A stretch of 64,000 nt of DNA from Octopus vulgaris (lineage: Eukaryota). The position numbers and the translations under genes are program-made. The first letter of the stretch is position 1, and every line of letters starts with the position of its first letter. The stretch spans positions 44,516,001 through 44,580,000 of the forward strand of contig OX597833.1 of the NCBI GenBank assembly GCA_951406725.2. Reading direction: 5' to 3'. Below are positions 13,151-25,949 of the stretch, piece by piece. A model generated the notes under the pieces. That model had not been told where the DNA came from and did not search any database. It saw nothing but the letters and a program-made list of their open reading frames with translations.

Positions 13151-13201
13151 CTGCTCAGATGCTTTATTGTCGTCTGTAGCGCTCTTGTTCCATTTTTGCA
13201 T

Positions 13202-13267
<66 letters not shown>

Positions 13268-13647
13268 GGTGCGGTGGATAAACAATCATCTAAATAACCC
13301 AGAAATGAAAATAACTCATTTTAACAGATATATTTACCAAAATTACATGAAAATAACTTGAAACACTAAAGTGTAAATTTATACAATAAAATCGCCATTG
13401 ACTTCAACCACAGCCTCCAGACGACTTCGGAATTCTTCTGGACTCTTCTGGGCGGTCTCCTTGATTAATTTGATGATTGCTACGGTAAAGACAATCAACT
13501 TCTCTTATTCAAATTCAAAATGGCTGAAGAGTAGCATGGCACTTCAAATTCAGAGTACCAACGAATTTGAATCAAACTGTTTTGATTCATACATGTAACT
13601 CCCAATAAATTTGTTGAGTGCCCTTCTTTCTTTTGTACACTCACTCG

Positions 13648-13684
13648 TGTATATATATATGTATGTATATAGATAGATAGATAA

Positions 13685-13745
<61 letters not shown>

Positions 13746-13916
13746 CAGATAGATAGGTAGGTAAGTAGGTAGGTAGGTAGGAAGGTAGGTAGGTAGGTAG
13801 GTAGGTAGGTAGGTAGGTAGGTAGGTAGGTAGGTAGGTAGGTAGGTAGGTATTGATGGATGGACGGATGGATGGATGTGTGTATGTATGCATGTGTATAT
13901 ATATATATATATATAT
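13648..13916. repeat. Compound (GATA)n/(GGTA)n/(GGAT)n/(TA)n microsatellite
   Basis: Directly visible. Confidence 0.95.
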
Positions 13917-14160
13917 GAAAAGTATGTACTCTTAATATTGAAAACAACAACCAATAAATGCCGAACAAAACTCAGAGCATTGTGTAGATTAAATATTTAT
14001 TTATCACAAAAACGATTACTGTGATTTCGGAGTTCCGCAAAAAATGTCTATTAAACAGCAATCTGTAAAAATGAAGAATTGTTATCATATGGATGGACTA
14101 TCCTAAGGTTATGTACGAGGTAAATTATATGCACATTTACATACATATAGATCTATATAA

Positions 14161-14193
<33 letters not shown>

Positions 14194-15032
14194 GGTGTGT
14201 GAATATATATTTATGATATTATTATTTACAGATTAGTTAATAACTCAGATAAAATGTAGGGAAAATAAGGATAAACACAAGTTTATATTATCCAAATAAC
14301 CATTATGCGGGCTTCAACATTATGGTTGTTTGGATCCCTGCAGCTGGTGATCCAATGATATTTATATACTCAGTCACGACAGGTCACAACAGGAACACGT
14401 TATTGCATTAAGTTACTGATAACCATGTCCAGAGCTGGATAGATGGCAAGGCATTTTATAAGTATTTGGGGAATAGAAAGGAAGCCATTGCGTCCCAGTA
14501 TTACTATATTTCCCTTTCTCCCATTAACTTGTAGCAGTCGTTGCGGTACTCATTTCGGACCCACATAGAATACTTTGAATTTCGTCGTACTATTATGTAT
14601 TAAACCGTTTCTTTCTTTTTTTTTTTCACCTATTCGAGTGACACTATTATCTACTTTCTACCTTTTAGACACAGTGGTGTTAACCAACTAATTTTAAAAT
14701 TAGGTAACCCTTCGAGCAGTTTTCACTTATTGAAAGCTTTCATTCCAAACCCAGAAGTGCAGGATTCGCATACCTCTACAAAGAAATCTAGAAGGATACG
14801 TATGGGTATGTTTCCGGTATTGAAGAGGATAGTAATTTTAACATGAAGTGTAGCGTAGATGCATTCCAGAAGTTTTGAGACTTTTTTTTTAGGTGAGACA
14901 GTTACACCTGACCTAGATCATAGGAATTTTACTATAACATTACTACAGGGACACAACGTACCAACCAATCCAAAACTGAAAACACGATCTCGCGATCGCG
15001 AGTGCAGCTTTCTATGCACAAGGCCATACACC

Positions 15033-15064
<32 letters not shown>

Positions 15065-15399
15065 TTTGCTTTCCATTTCCCATGGAGAACATCGGTAGCA
15101 CAGAGAGGGAAGACTTGGAAGCTTAGACTAAGTATTCTACGAGACGCTCTTCTAATTCTGCCATCCTATTCCTCATTAAAAAAAAAATACTACAACGTGA
15201 GAGAAAAAAGGAAGGAACAATATATTTACCTGCTGTATTAAGAGTTTCTTGGTTGAATGATATCTGGTTAATTTCTAGAAATAAAAGTGAAAATGAAATC
15301 ATATGCAGGAATGGAATAGTTGAAGTTTTAATATGTCTTCGGCGTTTTCCTTTTCTTTTGTTTCAAATATCATAGTGTTAAAGCTGAAGTATTGTTTTT

Positions 15400-15630
15400 A
15401 TTTCTTTACTGCTCACAAGGGGCTACACACAAAGGGGACAAACAAGGACAGACAAACTGATTAAGTCGATTATATCGACCCCAGTACGTAACTGGTACTT
15501 GTTTAATCGACCTCGAAAGGATGAAAGGCAAAGTTGACCTCGGCGGAATTTGAACTCAGAACGTAGCGGCAGACGAAATACTGCTAAGAATTTCGCCCGG
15601 CATGTTGAGGTTTCTGCCAGCTAGCCGCCC
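15400..15630 (-). mobile_element. SINE family A
   Basis: Reverse complement of family A. Confidence 0.8.
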
Positions 15631-17039
15631 AAAGCTGAAGCATTGTTTTATAAACCGAAACCAAAGCTAAATGATATGCATATGTAGAAGTAAAGTTACA
15701 TTATTTTCAAGCCTAGCCAGGCTCAAGGGCCCAGTTTCCCGGTTTCTATGCAGGTCACTGTCAGCGTTATGGTCTTCTAATATTTCAGCTTTATCTTTTG
15801 TCATTTACTTGTTTCAACCACTGAACAGGGGACTTGCTAGAGTACCGCCGTGAAGGGTTTAGTTAAACAACCTCCCCCCCACCAGTACTTATTTTCTTGA
15901 AGTCTGTTACTTGTTTTATCGGCCACTTATGTTGAACCGTTATATTTCGAGGAAGTGAACAAACCAATACTGATTGGCAAGCGGGATACGGGACAAGCAC
16001 AACGCACTGGCATACGCGCATACATACATACATATATACATACGTATGTACATACATACATACATACATACATACATACATACATACATACATACGTACA
16101 TACATACATACTTGGAAAAGGATGCATGGCGTTCGATCATATAATGTAAATAATAAATAAATATATGCATATATACATACATATATGTACATGGGTACAG
16201 GACATCAAAAAAACGTTGAACACAATGAGAAACGAAAACATAAAAACAAAAGCATAGAAACGAACTTTTTTTCAAACAACGAAAAAAACAGAGAAATGAG
16301 ACATACAACATAAAGAATATTCCCCCTTCTTCAGTTGTCCCTGTTTTATCTACTCCGCGTTTCAAAGGTAAAGACAAGACGCGACTTCGATGAAACAGTC
16401 CTTTCCGCAAAGCAAATTAAATAAAATTTGGGATTTTTTGTGGAGGGTGAAAGTGGTAACAAGAACAGGACAATGAGAACAAAACAGTAAAAACAAACGA
16501 TGAGGGCTGTTAAGCCAAAACGATGGAAAAATTATTCTGAACGTTTAAGGAGACGAGTTTATGAAGAGATAGGATAAGCCTGTTTAGTAGTCGGAAAGAT
16601 GGATTCCCTCTCATTACGTGTCAGCGACGAGAGAGTCGAGGAGCAGGAGTGAGAGAGAGGGAACGGTAAAGGGGAGAGGAGAATAATAGGGAAGGGTGGG
16701 GGAGAAAACCATAAAGGATGAAGAACAAGAGAGGAAGAAAGATAGACAGAGAAGAGATAGTAAAGAAGAGAGCGCATCGTAATTATTAAGATAAAACTTA
16801 CTTGGAAACGGGCTTATCCTGTTGTAGGTATGTACATATATGTATGTATGTATGCATATATTTATATATTATTTATATTATGTGATCGAACGCCACGCAT
16901 CCTTTTCCAAGTAAGTTTTATCTTTATCGCGTTGTGCTAATTTCGGGCATTCGCTAACGATCTGTCATACTGTATCACTTCTCTCACCACATATTCTGCA
17001 TTTGTCGCTATAGGTAGTTTTGTCTATTCTGCACTTCAT

Positions 17040-17455
17040 AGCGTTGGTCCTTATCGCTTGTTCCTGAGCTGCGCATGAGTGCTTCTGCCTCTATCTTCAG
17101 GTCACTCTTCTTCATCTATAGCCACCGGTCTTCTGTATCTGTTTTGGCGTTCACATCTTTTGCAAACTGACCGTACAACTTCTTTTCCTTCTATGCTTTT
17201 TCTTTTCTTTTTCTTTTTTGTTCATTTCTTGTCTAATGTTTTCTTTCGTTACACAAATTCCAGTTTTGATGACGCCGGCCTTCGCGTTTCAACAGTGGCT
17301 TCACGGCATTTTTTATATACCACCCTAAGCTGTTTTCCTCTGCTTCGATACAGTCCTGACAACTAATCAAACTTCTCCCACCCTTTTTTCTGGACAAGTA
17401 CAGCCTATCGGTGTCACTCTTAGGGTGGAAGGCTCCGTGTACTGTCAACATTTTT
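17040..17455 (-). mobile_element. Non-LTR retrotransposon (R4/Dong/NeSL-like) ORF fragment
   Basis: HGAFHPKSDTDRLYLSRKKGGRSL matches the post-RT HPKSxxDRLYLxRxxGGRGL motif. Confidence 0.75.
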
Positions 17456-17918
17456 CAATGTACACACACACACGCACGTGTATGTGTACATTGTAGCGAC
17501 GATCAACATTCAAAGTCCGCCATCTTCAATCCATCGTTCGTTGAAAAGGTTTAGGGTAAATTCCGCCTTGAATCATTTGACGAGCTCGGTGCAGTCCGTC
17601 ACATACTTAAATGGAGCCTTGATACCCATTGAGTCATACAATCGCTGTCAGTCGAGCAGTTTTTACCCAGTGGGTTTCAGAGAACAGGCCCTTGTATGAA
17701 CAACACATCGTTTGTGATTTGCGTTGAGGAAATGATCAATGATTATTTTTACCGCAATTATGCCGTATGACTTTTCCTTGCGCCTTTCTAATCTATGAAA
17801 TGCCTCTTTCTTCTGATCTACTGCTCCCTATTGTTACGATTAACTAACGAATGAAATGAGGAACATTCAGAATGGCACTCTTAATAATATTACTAATACC
17901 ATAGAAATATACATGCAA

Positions 17919-18133
17919 AGGCGGCGAGCTGGCAGAATCGTTAGCACGCCGGGCGAAATGCTTTAGCGGTATTTCGTCTGCCACTACGTTCTGGGTGAGG
18001 TCGACTTTGCCTTTCATCCTTTCGGGGTCGATTAAATAAGTAGCAGTTACGCACTGGGATCGATATAATCCCTTTGTCTGTCCTTGTTTGCCCACTCTAT
18101 GTGTAGCTCCTGGTGGGCAGTAAAGAAATAAGA
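17919..18133 (+). mobile_element. SINE family A inserted 3' of gene 2
   Basis: Family A match; flanked by a repeated agaaatatacatgca segment; absent from the paralogous gene 1 region. Confidence 0.8.
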
Positions 18134-18329
18134 AATATACATGCATACCCGCAAGCAAAAGACACATATACGTGTAAAAGTATACAAATACACATGTCAC
18201 AAACAAATGCAAAAACGAATGCATATATATATTTAAAACTAAGCGTGCTCACTGATCTGAGGCTAAATAGCAACAATTAAAAACATTAACCAGGTTGAAA
18301 CAAAGATAATCAGCTCACCTTTTCTCACG

Positions 18330-18628
18330 TCATTCCATATAAATTATTCGCGAAATTTTATCTCCAAATATTTCGCATGTATAATTTGTTATGCCTAAAT
18401 CTTCCGCTCTTACAAAATAATCCGCGCTTACCTCAACAAAGCATTTGTTACTAGATGGAACTTTCACTGTTTCTTGGTCAAAAGACATGCCGTTAGACCT
18501 CTCTATATCCCATACAAAACTGGCATCACCTTGAGAGGGTAACCCAACAATTGCTGAACATCTGATGATCCATGGATCTAGGTTTATATTATTATGGAAC
18601 AATTTCAGACTCTTTATACGAGATCTCA
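18330..18628 (-). CDS. IgSF gene 2 exon 3, Ig C-like domain with stop
   Basis: Acceptor ctctttctag, phase 1. (V)RSRIKSL...PWIIRCSAIVGLPSQGDASFVW...SNKCFVEV...NYTCEIFGDKISRIIYME*; paralogue of C1a. Confidence 0.88.
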
Positions 18629-18679
18629 CTAGAAAGAGAGTGAATTAAAATATGTAAATCTTTAAACAATAAAATATTG

Positions 18680-19026
18680 GATTTCGTTTTTGGAATTCAT
18701 TTGCAAGATTCTTTATGTGAGTTCGTGTGTTGAAGCATATTCTGTTGTGTCTGGGGAGAGTCATTTTCTTTTTGTGCCTTATAATTTAACACACTCACCG
18801 TTAAAATTTCCACTTATTTCTTATTCTTATTTTCCTAAAATTTTCGTTGCGTCTTGCAATCTTTCCAATAGCCTTGACTCTTGACTATTGAAAAGGTTGC
18901 AAGACACAACGAAAATTTTAGGAAAATAAAAATAAGAAATAAGTGGAAATTTTACCGGTGAGTGTTTTAGATTATAAGGCACAAAAAGAAAATGACTCTC
19001 CCCAGAAACAACAGAAAATATTGGAT
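18680..19026. mobile_element. Palindromic (fold-back) insertion with ~135 bp arms in the gene 2 V-C intron
   Basis: 18738-18872 is the near reverse complement of 18883-19017. Flanked by direct repeat aaaatattgga; absent from the gene 1 intron. Confidence 0.8.
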
Positions 19027-19179
19027 GTTTTCACTGATAAAAATTACAATCTTCATACAACACTGAAATATTTAACAATGCTTTCGATGGACCCTGTCAG
19101 ATGATGCTTGAAGAATGCCAATCAGACAATAACTATACAGACACAGATACAATCATACACGTATATACATATGTATGCA

Positions 19180-20680
19180 TGTTTTATAACGTGGATCTGT
19201 ATATGTCACCTTAGTGTCGTGCACTAATACAATGTATCACGGAACGGGTTAGACACAAACTGTCTCCAGTTGATGTATTCGCAAATACTCTACCAGCAAC
19301 TGTAACCAATATAACAACATCTCAACAATTTTCCTGCGACACCACGAACTCACAAACGACACCTTTCGGCTTACTGAGATTTTTCTTGTGCTACTTATAC
19401 GAGTTCAGCTAGTCCATTCTCACAGCTGTTATGAAACTCGCCGTAACATCTCCCCTTTTGAGATTTGACTTCTGTAGGAAATGCAACTTGTTTATTTAAT
19501 TTTATTCTTTTTTTTTTTTTTCATCATCACCTTTCTCTTTTTTGAGATTTTAATTTCCTCTGAAGTTTTAATGCTTCTTTGGCTGGGGGACTATTTCTAG
19601 TTGTTCTGTTTGTTTATTTTTTCTACTGCTGATCCGCTTAGATTCAACCTCTTTTGGCGTTGAAACATCGGTATTTCATCGGTATTTCTTCTCTTTCTTC
19701 AGTATGTCTAGACTTCAACTGGTTCAAATGCCGTTTCTGCTATCCTATTTGACCTTTTATTATGTACATCATAATTATTCTTTTCGTCACTATACCGTCC
19801 TCCCAACATTGTCTTCCGTTTTCATATATTTTTAAATGAATTTTATCTCCCACATTAAAATAATTTGTTTTATTTCTTGGGTATTCCCTATAAGTTTTTT
19901 TGTAGGTAACTATTTATCAATAATTGATTTCATCTTCCGGGCAAACATTAGCTCTGCAGGTGACTTGCCTGTACAGGTGTTCGGGTTAAGTGTTACCCTG
20001 TAAACTCTTAAGAATTGAGTCAGTGTTGCATCATTGCCTAATTCCTTTCCTGCTTTTTTTAGTACCCGTTTAAATATATCTTCGAACCTTTCTGCTTGCC
20101 CATTCGATCTCTCACAGAAATTTCAAATTCGTACCCCGAAAACTGCGTTCCGTTATCCGATAATATTGTGTTCGGGACACCGTATCGCGCAAAAAGTTCG
20201 TGAAGAAATCTCATTGTTACCTTCAATGTTGGTTGACTGCATTTACATATCTCAGACTACCTGGTGTAGCTCTCTACTATGATCAGATAATACGCGCCGT
20301 TTACCAGTCCAGCAAAATTTATTTGTAGCCTGGACCACGGACTGCCTGTCTGAGGCCACGATTGGAATTTCGCCGGTGGTGACTTTGCTGCGAGAGCACA
20401 ACCTCTGCAAGATTTCACCATTTGTTCAATATCATGGTCCATAGCAGACCAATACACGTGACTCCTCATTACTGATTTCATTCTTGAAAAACCTGGGTGT
20501 CCCATATGAAATTAACTTAATACAGGCTTTGGTAGTGTGGCTGGCACTACAACTCTTTGTGCATACATCAACACATCACAAAGAGAAAAATGGTTCACAT
20601 TTATTTTCTTTTACCTTCAACGTTTCTTTCCTCTTTGCAATAAATTTGTCATTCTCCGATTTTAGTTTTATATCTTAAAC
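19180..20680 (-). mobile_element. Ty3/Gypsy-like LTR retrotransposon 3' fragment (integrase, PPT, LTR 19448-19180)
   Basis: GHPGFSRMKSVMRSHVYW...CRGC zinc-binding region, PWSRLQINFAG, SNGQAER and TGKSPAELMFARK. Purine tract aaaggggaga directly before TGTT...AACA LTR. Confidence 0.85.
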
Positions 20681-21589
20681 AGTTACTTACAGCACCCGAA
20701 TGAAATTCAGGTGTCGGAGTGGAAATTTAGTGCACGAGGACATGCGATACAAGTAGCATCAGATGTCCAAGTAGAAGAAAGCTAATTAACATCTGCAAAT
20801 ACATAGGAAAACCGTTTGATCTATATCAAACAGTTATTTAAGGAGCTTAAAAACCCTCACGACCATGGCTAGCTTTCGTCCTTCTCAGATAGTTATGAGC
20901 AGATGTTTTGATGCGTTGAGGTGCTGGAAACAGCTAATTAAGCCCTGTATAGATGAGTTACGAAGTGGACGGTCATATGTGTTTCGACATAACCTTTGCA
21001 TCGTCACAAAAACCCATGTAGTCCAAGAATGGATGATAAGCAATCCTTACAATCATGCAACACAAATCTTGTGGCCTTCAATCTCCTCAGATGGACTACT
21101 AGGTTTGAAACATTGCTGAAAGAGAAACTCATAAACATCCTCATAATACCACAGCTTCACCGAAGGCCGGTATTGTCCAAGTGACGACCGAAATTGATAA
21201 AGTCCATTTAATGCAGGCATGTCAACAATTCCGGTTTCGCATCGAAGAATCAAAGGTGAAAACGGATTTACAGAATAATAGTTTTATAAGAAAGCTTATT
21301 GAGAACTCATGCACAAATTTTTATCGAACTACATTTCGTTTTCGCTAGATTAGAGTAATTTTATTAAATTACCAAATATTTCTTAAATGTTTCTCGCACC
21401 TTATACATCAATTAGCGAAAATAGCACAACTACACACTGTACATATTTTCTAGATTACTTTAAACACAATGGAAAACAGAAATCTAAAAACAAAAGTAAA
21501 GTTGCACAGGAAAAACATGCAATAAAAATAACACTTCTGAAAATCAATAATAATGGAACTGCATTAGTGAAAAAAGTAGTAAAACTAAC

Positions 21590-21898
21590 CTTTCATAAAC
21601 CTAGGTTGCGAAGCTGCTTTCGTAGTGCCACATTTGTAGTGTGCTACATCTCTGCAAGTGGGATTTCGTTTCCAGCAGGTAACCTCACCTTTATTGCAAT
21701 AAGCTAAAGTACAGTCGAAACCATCCTTATAGATAATTCTTTTAAATCTTTTTGTGGACTTGTAGTATTCCATATATACAACTAAAACTTCGTTTCTCAA
21801 TAGTTTGAAATTAAGAAGGTTCTTCATCTTATACCGACATGTTACAGTCATTTTAGATGTCATACCATTAGCGGGCGTCATTTTTCTTATAGCAAAGT
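21590..21898 (-). CDS. IgSF gene 2 exon 2, Ig V-like domain
   Basis: Acceptor tacttacag, donor AAAG|gttagt, 309 nt, phase 1-1. FAIRKMTPANG...VTCRY...KDGFDC...TCWKRNPTCRDVAHYKCGT. Confidence 0.9.
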
Positions 21899-21949
21899 CT
21901 GTAAGTAGTAAACAAATGAGAGAAAGATCTTTAAAAAATATATAATTTT

Positions 21950-22069
21950 AGAAGAAGAAGAAGAAGAAGAAGAAGAAGAAGAAGAAGAAGAAGAAGAAGA
22001 AGAAGAAGAAGAAGAAGAAGAAGAAGAAGAAGAAGAAGAAGAAGAAGAAGAAGAAGAAGAAGAAGAAGA
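21950..22069. repeat. (GAA)n tract, ~120 bp
   Basis: Directly visible; same position relative to the V acceptor as in gene 1. Confidence 0.97.
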
Positions 22070-22248
22070 ATATATATTAGAAGAAATGAGGTACTCAGAA
22101 ATTCGGATGGAAAAAAATTGCCGACAGTCCATGAGAGGTTACATTTCTGAAGTGACATACAGGTTGCGGTGAATAAATTGTCTTCTAAATTACGTAGAAT
22201 TGAAAATAACGGTGACATCTCCATTTTAACAGATATATTTACCAAAAT

Positions 22249-22279
<31 letters not shown>

Positions 22280-22295
<16 letters not shown>

Positions 22296-23199
22296 AAGGC
22301 AGATTTTATCTGCCTCCCAAACCGTTTGTTTTTTATACAATTCTACAATATAGAATTTCTTCAATTGGAATTTACCTATCATTTTTACAAGTAGATTCCA
22401 TCGGGTCGTGGCATGTAAAGTTTTTTCAATTTCACCCCCAATTAAGCAAAAATTCGAGAAAAGTAAATATTTTACCATTTCCCTCTTTCATTTCAAGTGC
22501 TTCACTCCTACCATTACCACTACACTTTCTCCTCCTTTCTCTTTGCAAGTGTGCAACAATTAAAGTGAAAGTATTTATATAAAAGGGATGAGCAATTAAT
22601 ACTGGTCATCCTTTTTGCTAGAAGAAGATCCGCTGTGGTCTTATATGCTACACCACTGGTTTTCAATTCATATTAATCAAATTAGTATTCAATTTTACAC
22701 CCTTATTATGTGTGTGTGTGTGTATTAGCAATTCGTAAAAAATTGCATCAATGACTTGAACTTGAATAAGTGGTTTCACATAAATGGGGATACATTAAAA
22801 AGGTTTGTTGTTATTATTATTACTGTTTGACTATTGTAATCACGTTTGTTGGTTCCTCGTCAGGGAAACGTTGTTGTGTTGCATTTGTTAAATAATTGTA
22901 AATCGTAACCCTCCCCCTTTCGGAGAAGGGGCTTTGGTTATTGTTTTAACATTGAATTGTGTCCCTGTTTGGGGAAATTGACAATATTTTCACCGTCTTT
23001 ACGGAAGCATTTTTGTTAAAATGCCTTCGATAGAAGAAAGTCCAAAAATGAATTTCGCTGCAGCCGTACACTTCTATACAAGATCCAATTAATCGAAATT
23101 GCAAGAGACGGGCCTACAATTCCAGTCTGTTATATATTTTGAGTATTGTTATCACTAGCGATATCAAGATATAACTTTGTATTTTGTATTTTATGTGTA

Positions 23200-23243
<44 letters not shown>

Positions 23244-24692
23244 TGTACATGTAATATGTACACATATATATATATATACACATATATACATGCATAATAT
23301 ATCTACCCATACACACACACGTACACACACACACACACATACATAGGGGCAGGTGTGGCTGTGTGGTAACAAACTACGTTCGAAGATACTGTACTTGATA
23401 TGGGCGGTAGTGCCTTGCCGGTCTATGGCCTACCTTCAACAAACCGGGAAGGCACAAACACTCTGTCTTCACATTTGCTGCGTGAGACATGTTTTAATGT
23501 TGACGAGCTTGCCGAGTACATAGCCGACAATGAGCCAAAGCTCCTTCCAGAACAGAAGTTCGCTTACAACTCCGTTGTTAATTCAGTCCGGGCCAAAGCT
23601 GTCGGATATTTTTCCTGGACGCTCCTGGGGGCACTGGGAAAACTTTTCTCAACAAATTAATATTGGCTGAGATTAGGCGAACACAAGGCATTGCCCTAGC
23701 TGTGGCATCATCTGGAATTGCGGCTACTTTGTTGCCAGGCGGCAGGACAGCTCACTCCACTTTCAAGCTTCCGCTTGACTTAGCGAAGACTGAGACACCA
23801 ACTTGCAACATCAGTAACAGCTCCGATCAGGCAGAAGTCTTCAGACGATGCAAGCTTATCGTTTGGGATGAATGCACGATGGCCCACAGAGGTGCTCTTG
23901 AGGCACTAGATAGATCTCTCAGAGACATCAAACACTCTTCAGCTCCCATGGGAGGCATAACACTTCTTCTTTCAGGTGACTTCCGACAAACAATTCCCGT
24001 TATTCCCAAAGGGACTAGAGCTGATGCAGTAAGTGCGTGTCTGAAGTCATCCACATTGTGGCCACTGGTGAAGACTCTCAAACTTCACACCAATATGCGT
24101 GCTCATATGCGACGTAATATCACATCAGCAGCATTTTCTCACACCCTCCTTGCACTTGGCGAAGGCAAAATACCAGGGGGTGAAAATGGTAATATTGCCA
24201 TCGATTCCATTTGTACCATTGTCAAAACGCCTTCTGATCTCAGAGATGCAGTGTTCCCAGATCTACAAGCTAATTATCAGAATATGGATTGGATTGGCCA
24301 AAGGGCTATTCTGGCCCCGAGGAATAAAACTGTTCACCATATTAATGATGAAATGCTAAAACTCATTCCTGGGGAAGTCTATGTATATAAGTCTATCGAT
24401 ACAACTCCTGACCCAGAGGACGTCATCAACTATCCAATAGAGGTACTCAATTCCTTTGAGCACCCCGGACTACCACCACACATTCTCAAACTTAAAGTTG
24501 GTGCCCCTATAATGCTCATTAGAAATTTGGTTCCCCCAAAACAATGCAATGGCACACGTTTGATCGTTAAGTCCTTATCTCCCACCGTAAACTTATATCA
24601 ATATTTGCCTGAATAATCATCATAATTCAGTGCAATCATTAACAGTACTTTCAAGCAATTCAGCCCCGAGCATCGCCGGGCAATTCTGCTAG
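22280..24692 (+). mobile_element. Helitron (internally deleted) in the gene 2 L-V intron
   Basis: Carries a PIF1 helicase fragment; 3' end cccgagcatcgccggg...CTAG followed by T. The 5' end is approximate. Confidence 0.8.
23400..24616 (+). pseudogene. Helitron RepHel PIF1-family helicase fragment (frameshifted, truncated)
   Basis: Walker A DAPGGTGKT in a shifted frame near 23620. AVASSGIAATLLPGGRTAHS, IVWDECTM, LSGDFRQTIPV, LPPHILKLKVGAPIMLIRNL...CNGTRL. Confidence 0.92.
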
Positions 24693-24914
24693 TATATATA
24701 TATATATATATATATATATCTTTAGATTTTTGCCCACACACTCATGTGCATACATACGTATATACGTATAGGCATACGCACATATATAAATTTATATTTG
24801 CAGATATATACGCGTGCATTAATACATGTACACTCATAGCCTTCCATTCACATACATACATACGCGCTTGTGTGTGTGAACATATATCCACGCTTACACA
24901 TACACGTGCATATA

Positions 24915-25104
24915 TTAGTTTGGTGCATAATTATTGCAGCTTTTTCAATAAATTTTATTCAATAAAAACAATAACATTTGACAAAAACCTCTTTAAATGA
25001 TTATCCTGGAGCATATTCACCATCTACTTTATGCTTGGTGTGTTGTTAAAATTTTTTGTTGAATAAAATTTATTGAAAAAAAGTCGCAATAATTCTGCAC
25101 CAAC

Positions 25105-25108
<4 letters not shown>
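24915..25108. mobile_element. Tc1/mariner-type MITE
   Basis: Terminal inverted repeats ttag(t)ttggtgca.aattattgc / gcaataattctgcaccaacctaa flanked by TA. Confidence 0.75.
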
Positions 25109-25143
<35 letters not shown>

Positions 25144-25253
25144 GTCCACTCACGCTTACATACTAATACCCATATGTACACATACAAATATATACCTACA
25201 AATACACATACGGATATGTATGTGTACGCATATGCACACATACATAAATACAA

Positions 25254-25302
<49 letters not shown>

Positions 25303-25384
25303 AACAAGAAGGTATTAGGTAGGGTGAAAAAGGGGTGGGAGAAAACTCCCTGAAATATTATTATTATTTATTGTCTTTGCACAG

Positions 25385-25870
25385 CTATCGCTGGAGATGT
25401 ACTACGGTTCCACCTGTTCACTACCAATCAATTAAGGTAACACCCCTTATTTTTCAAGCACCATCCGGAGTATTCGAGCGGTTCCAACTAGTGCTGTTTT
25501 CTGCAAGTGCTCCACTCATATTGCAGCCCCTATTTGTTCCATGTACTTCTCAAGATTTTTACTCGCTCTTCCCAAGGCTCCAAACAATTATTGGTACTAC
25601 TACCACTTTTTTCATCGATCGCAACTGCTTGACCTCCCAAGCTAACCAGTCATATCTATTGACTTTCCTTTCTTCCTTATCGCATATCTGGTTGTAAGCC
25701 GGGCATGCTATATATATGATCCAGCATCGTTTGCATTATTTCTCAATTAACACTTTGTCCGGCTTCCTATTCTCTATCTCATGGTCGCATTGAATCATAA
25801 AATCCCATAGAATCTTTGCATTATCATTTTCGATGATGCCTTCGGGTTTATGTTCGTACTACTACTTTGC
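25385..25870 (-). mobile_element. RLE-type LINE 3' end (restriction-like endonuclease), degraded
   Basis: PEGIIENDNAKILWDFMIQCDHEIENRKPD...VEHLQKTALVGTARILR; (TAA)n tail. Confidence 0.8.
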
Positions 25871-25899
25871 TCTGTTAAGTCCATACTTGTTGCAAAGTT

Positions 25900-25949
<50 letters not shown>

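Noticed and set aside
23663-24616. Host PIF1 gene
   Set aside because: Intronless, frameshifted near Walker A, truncated and followed by a Helitron hairpin-CTAG end.
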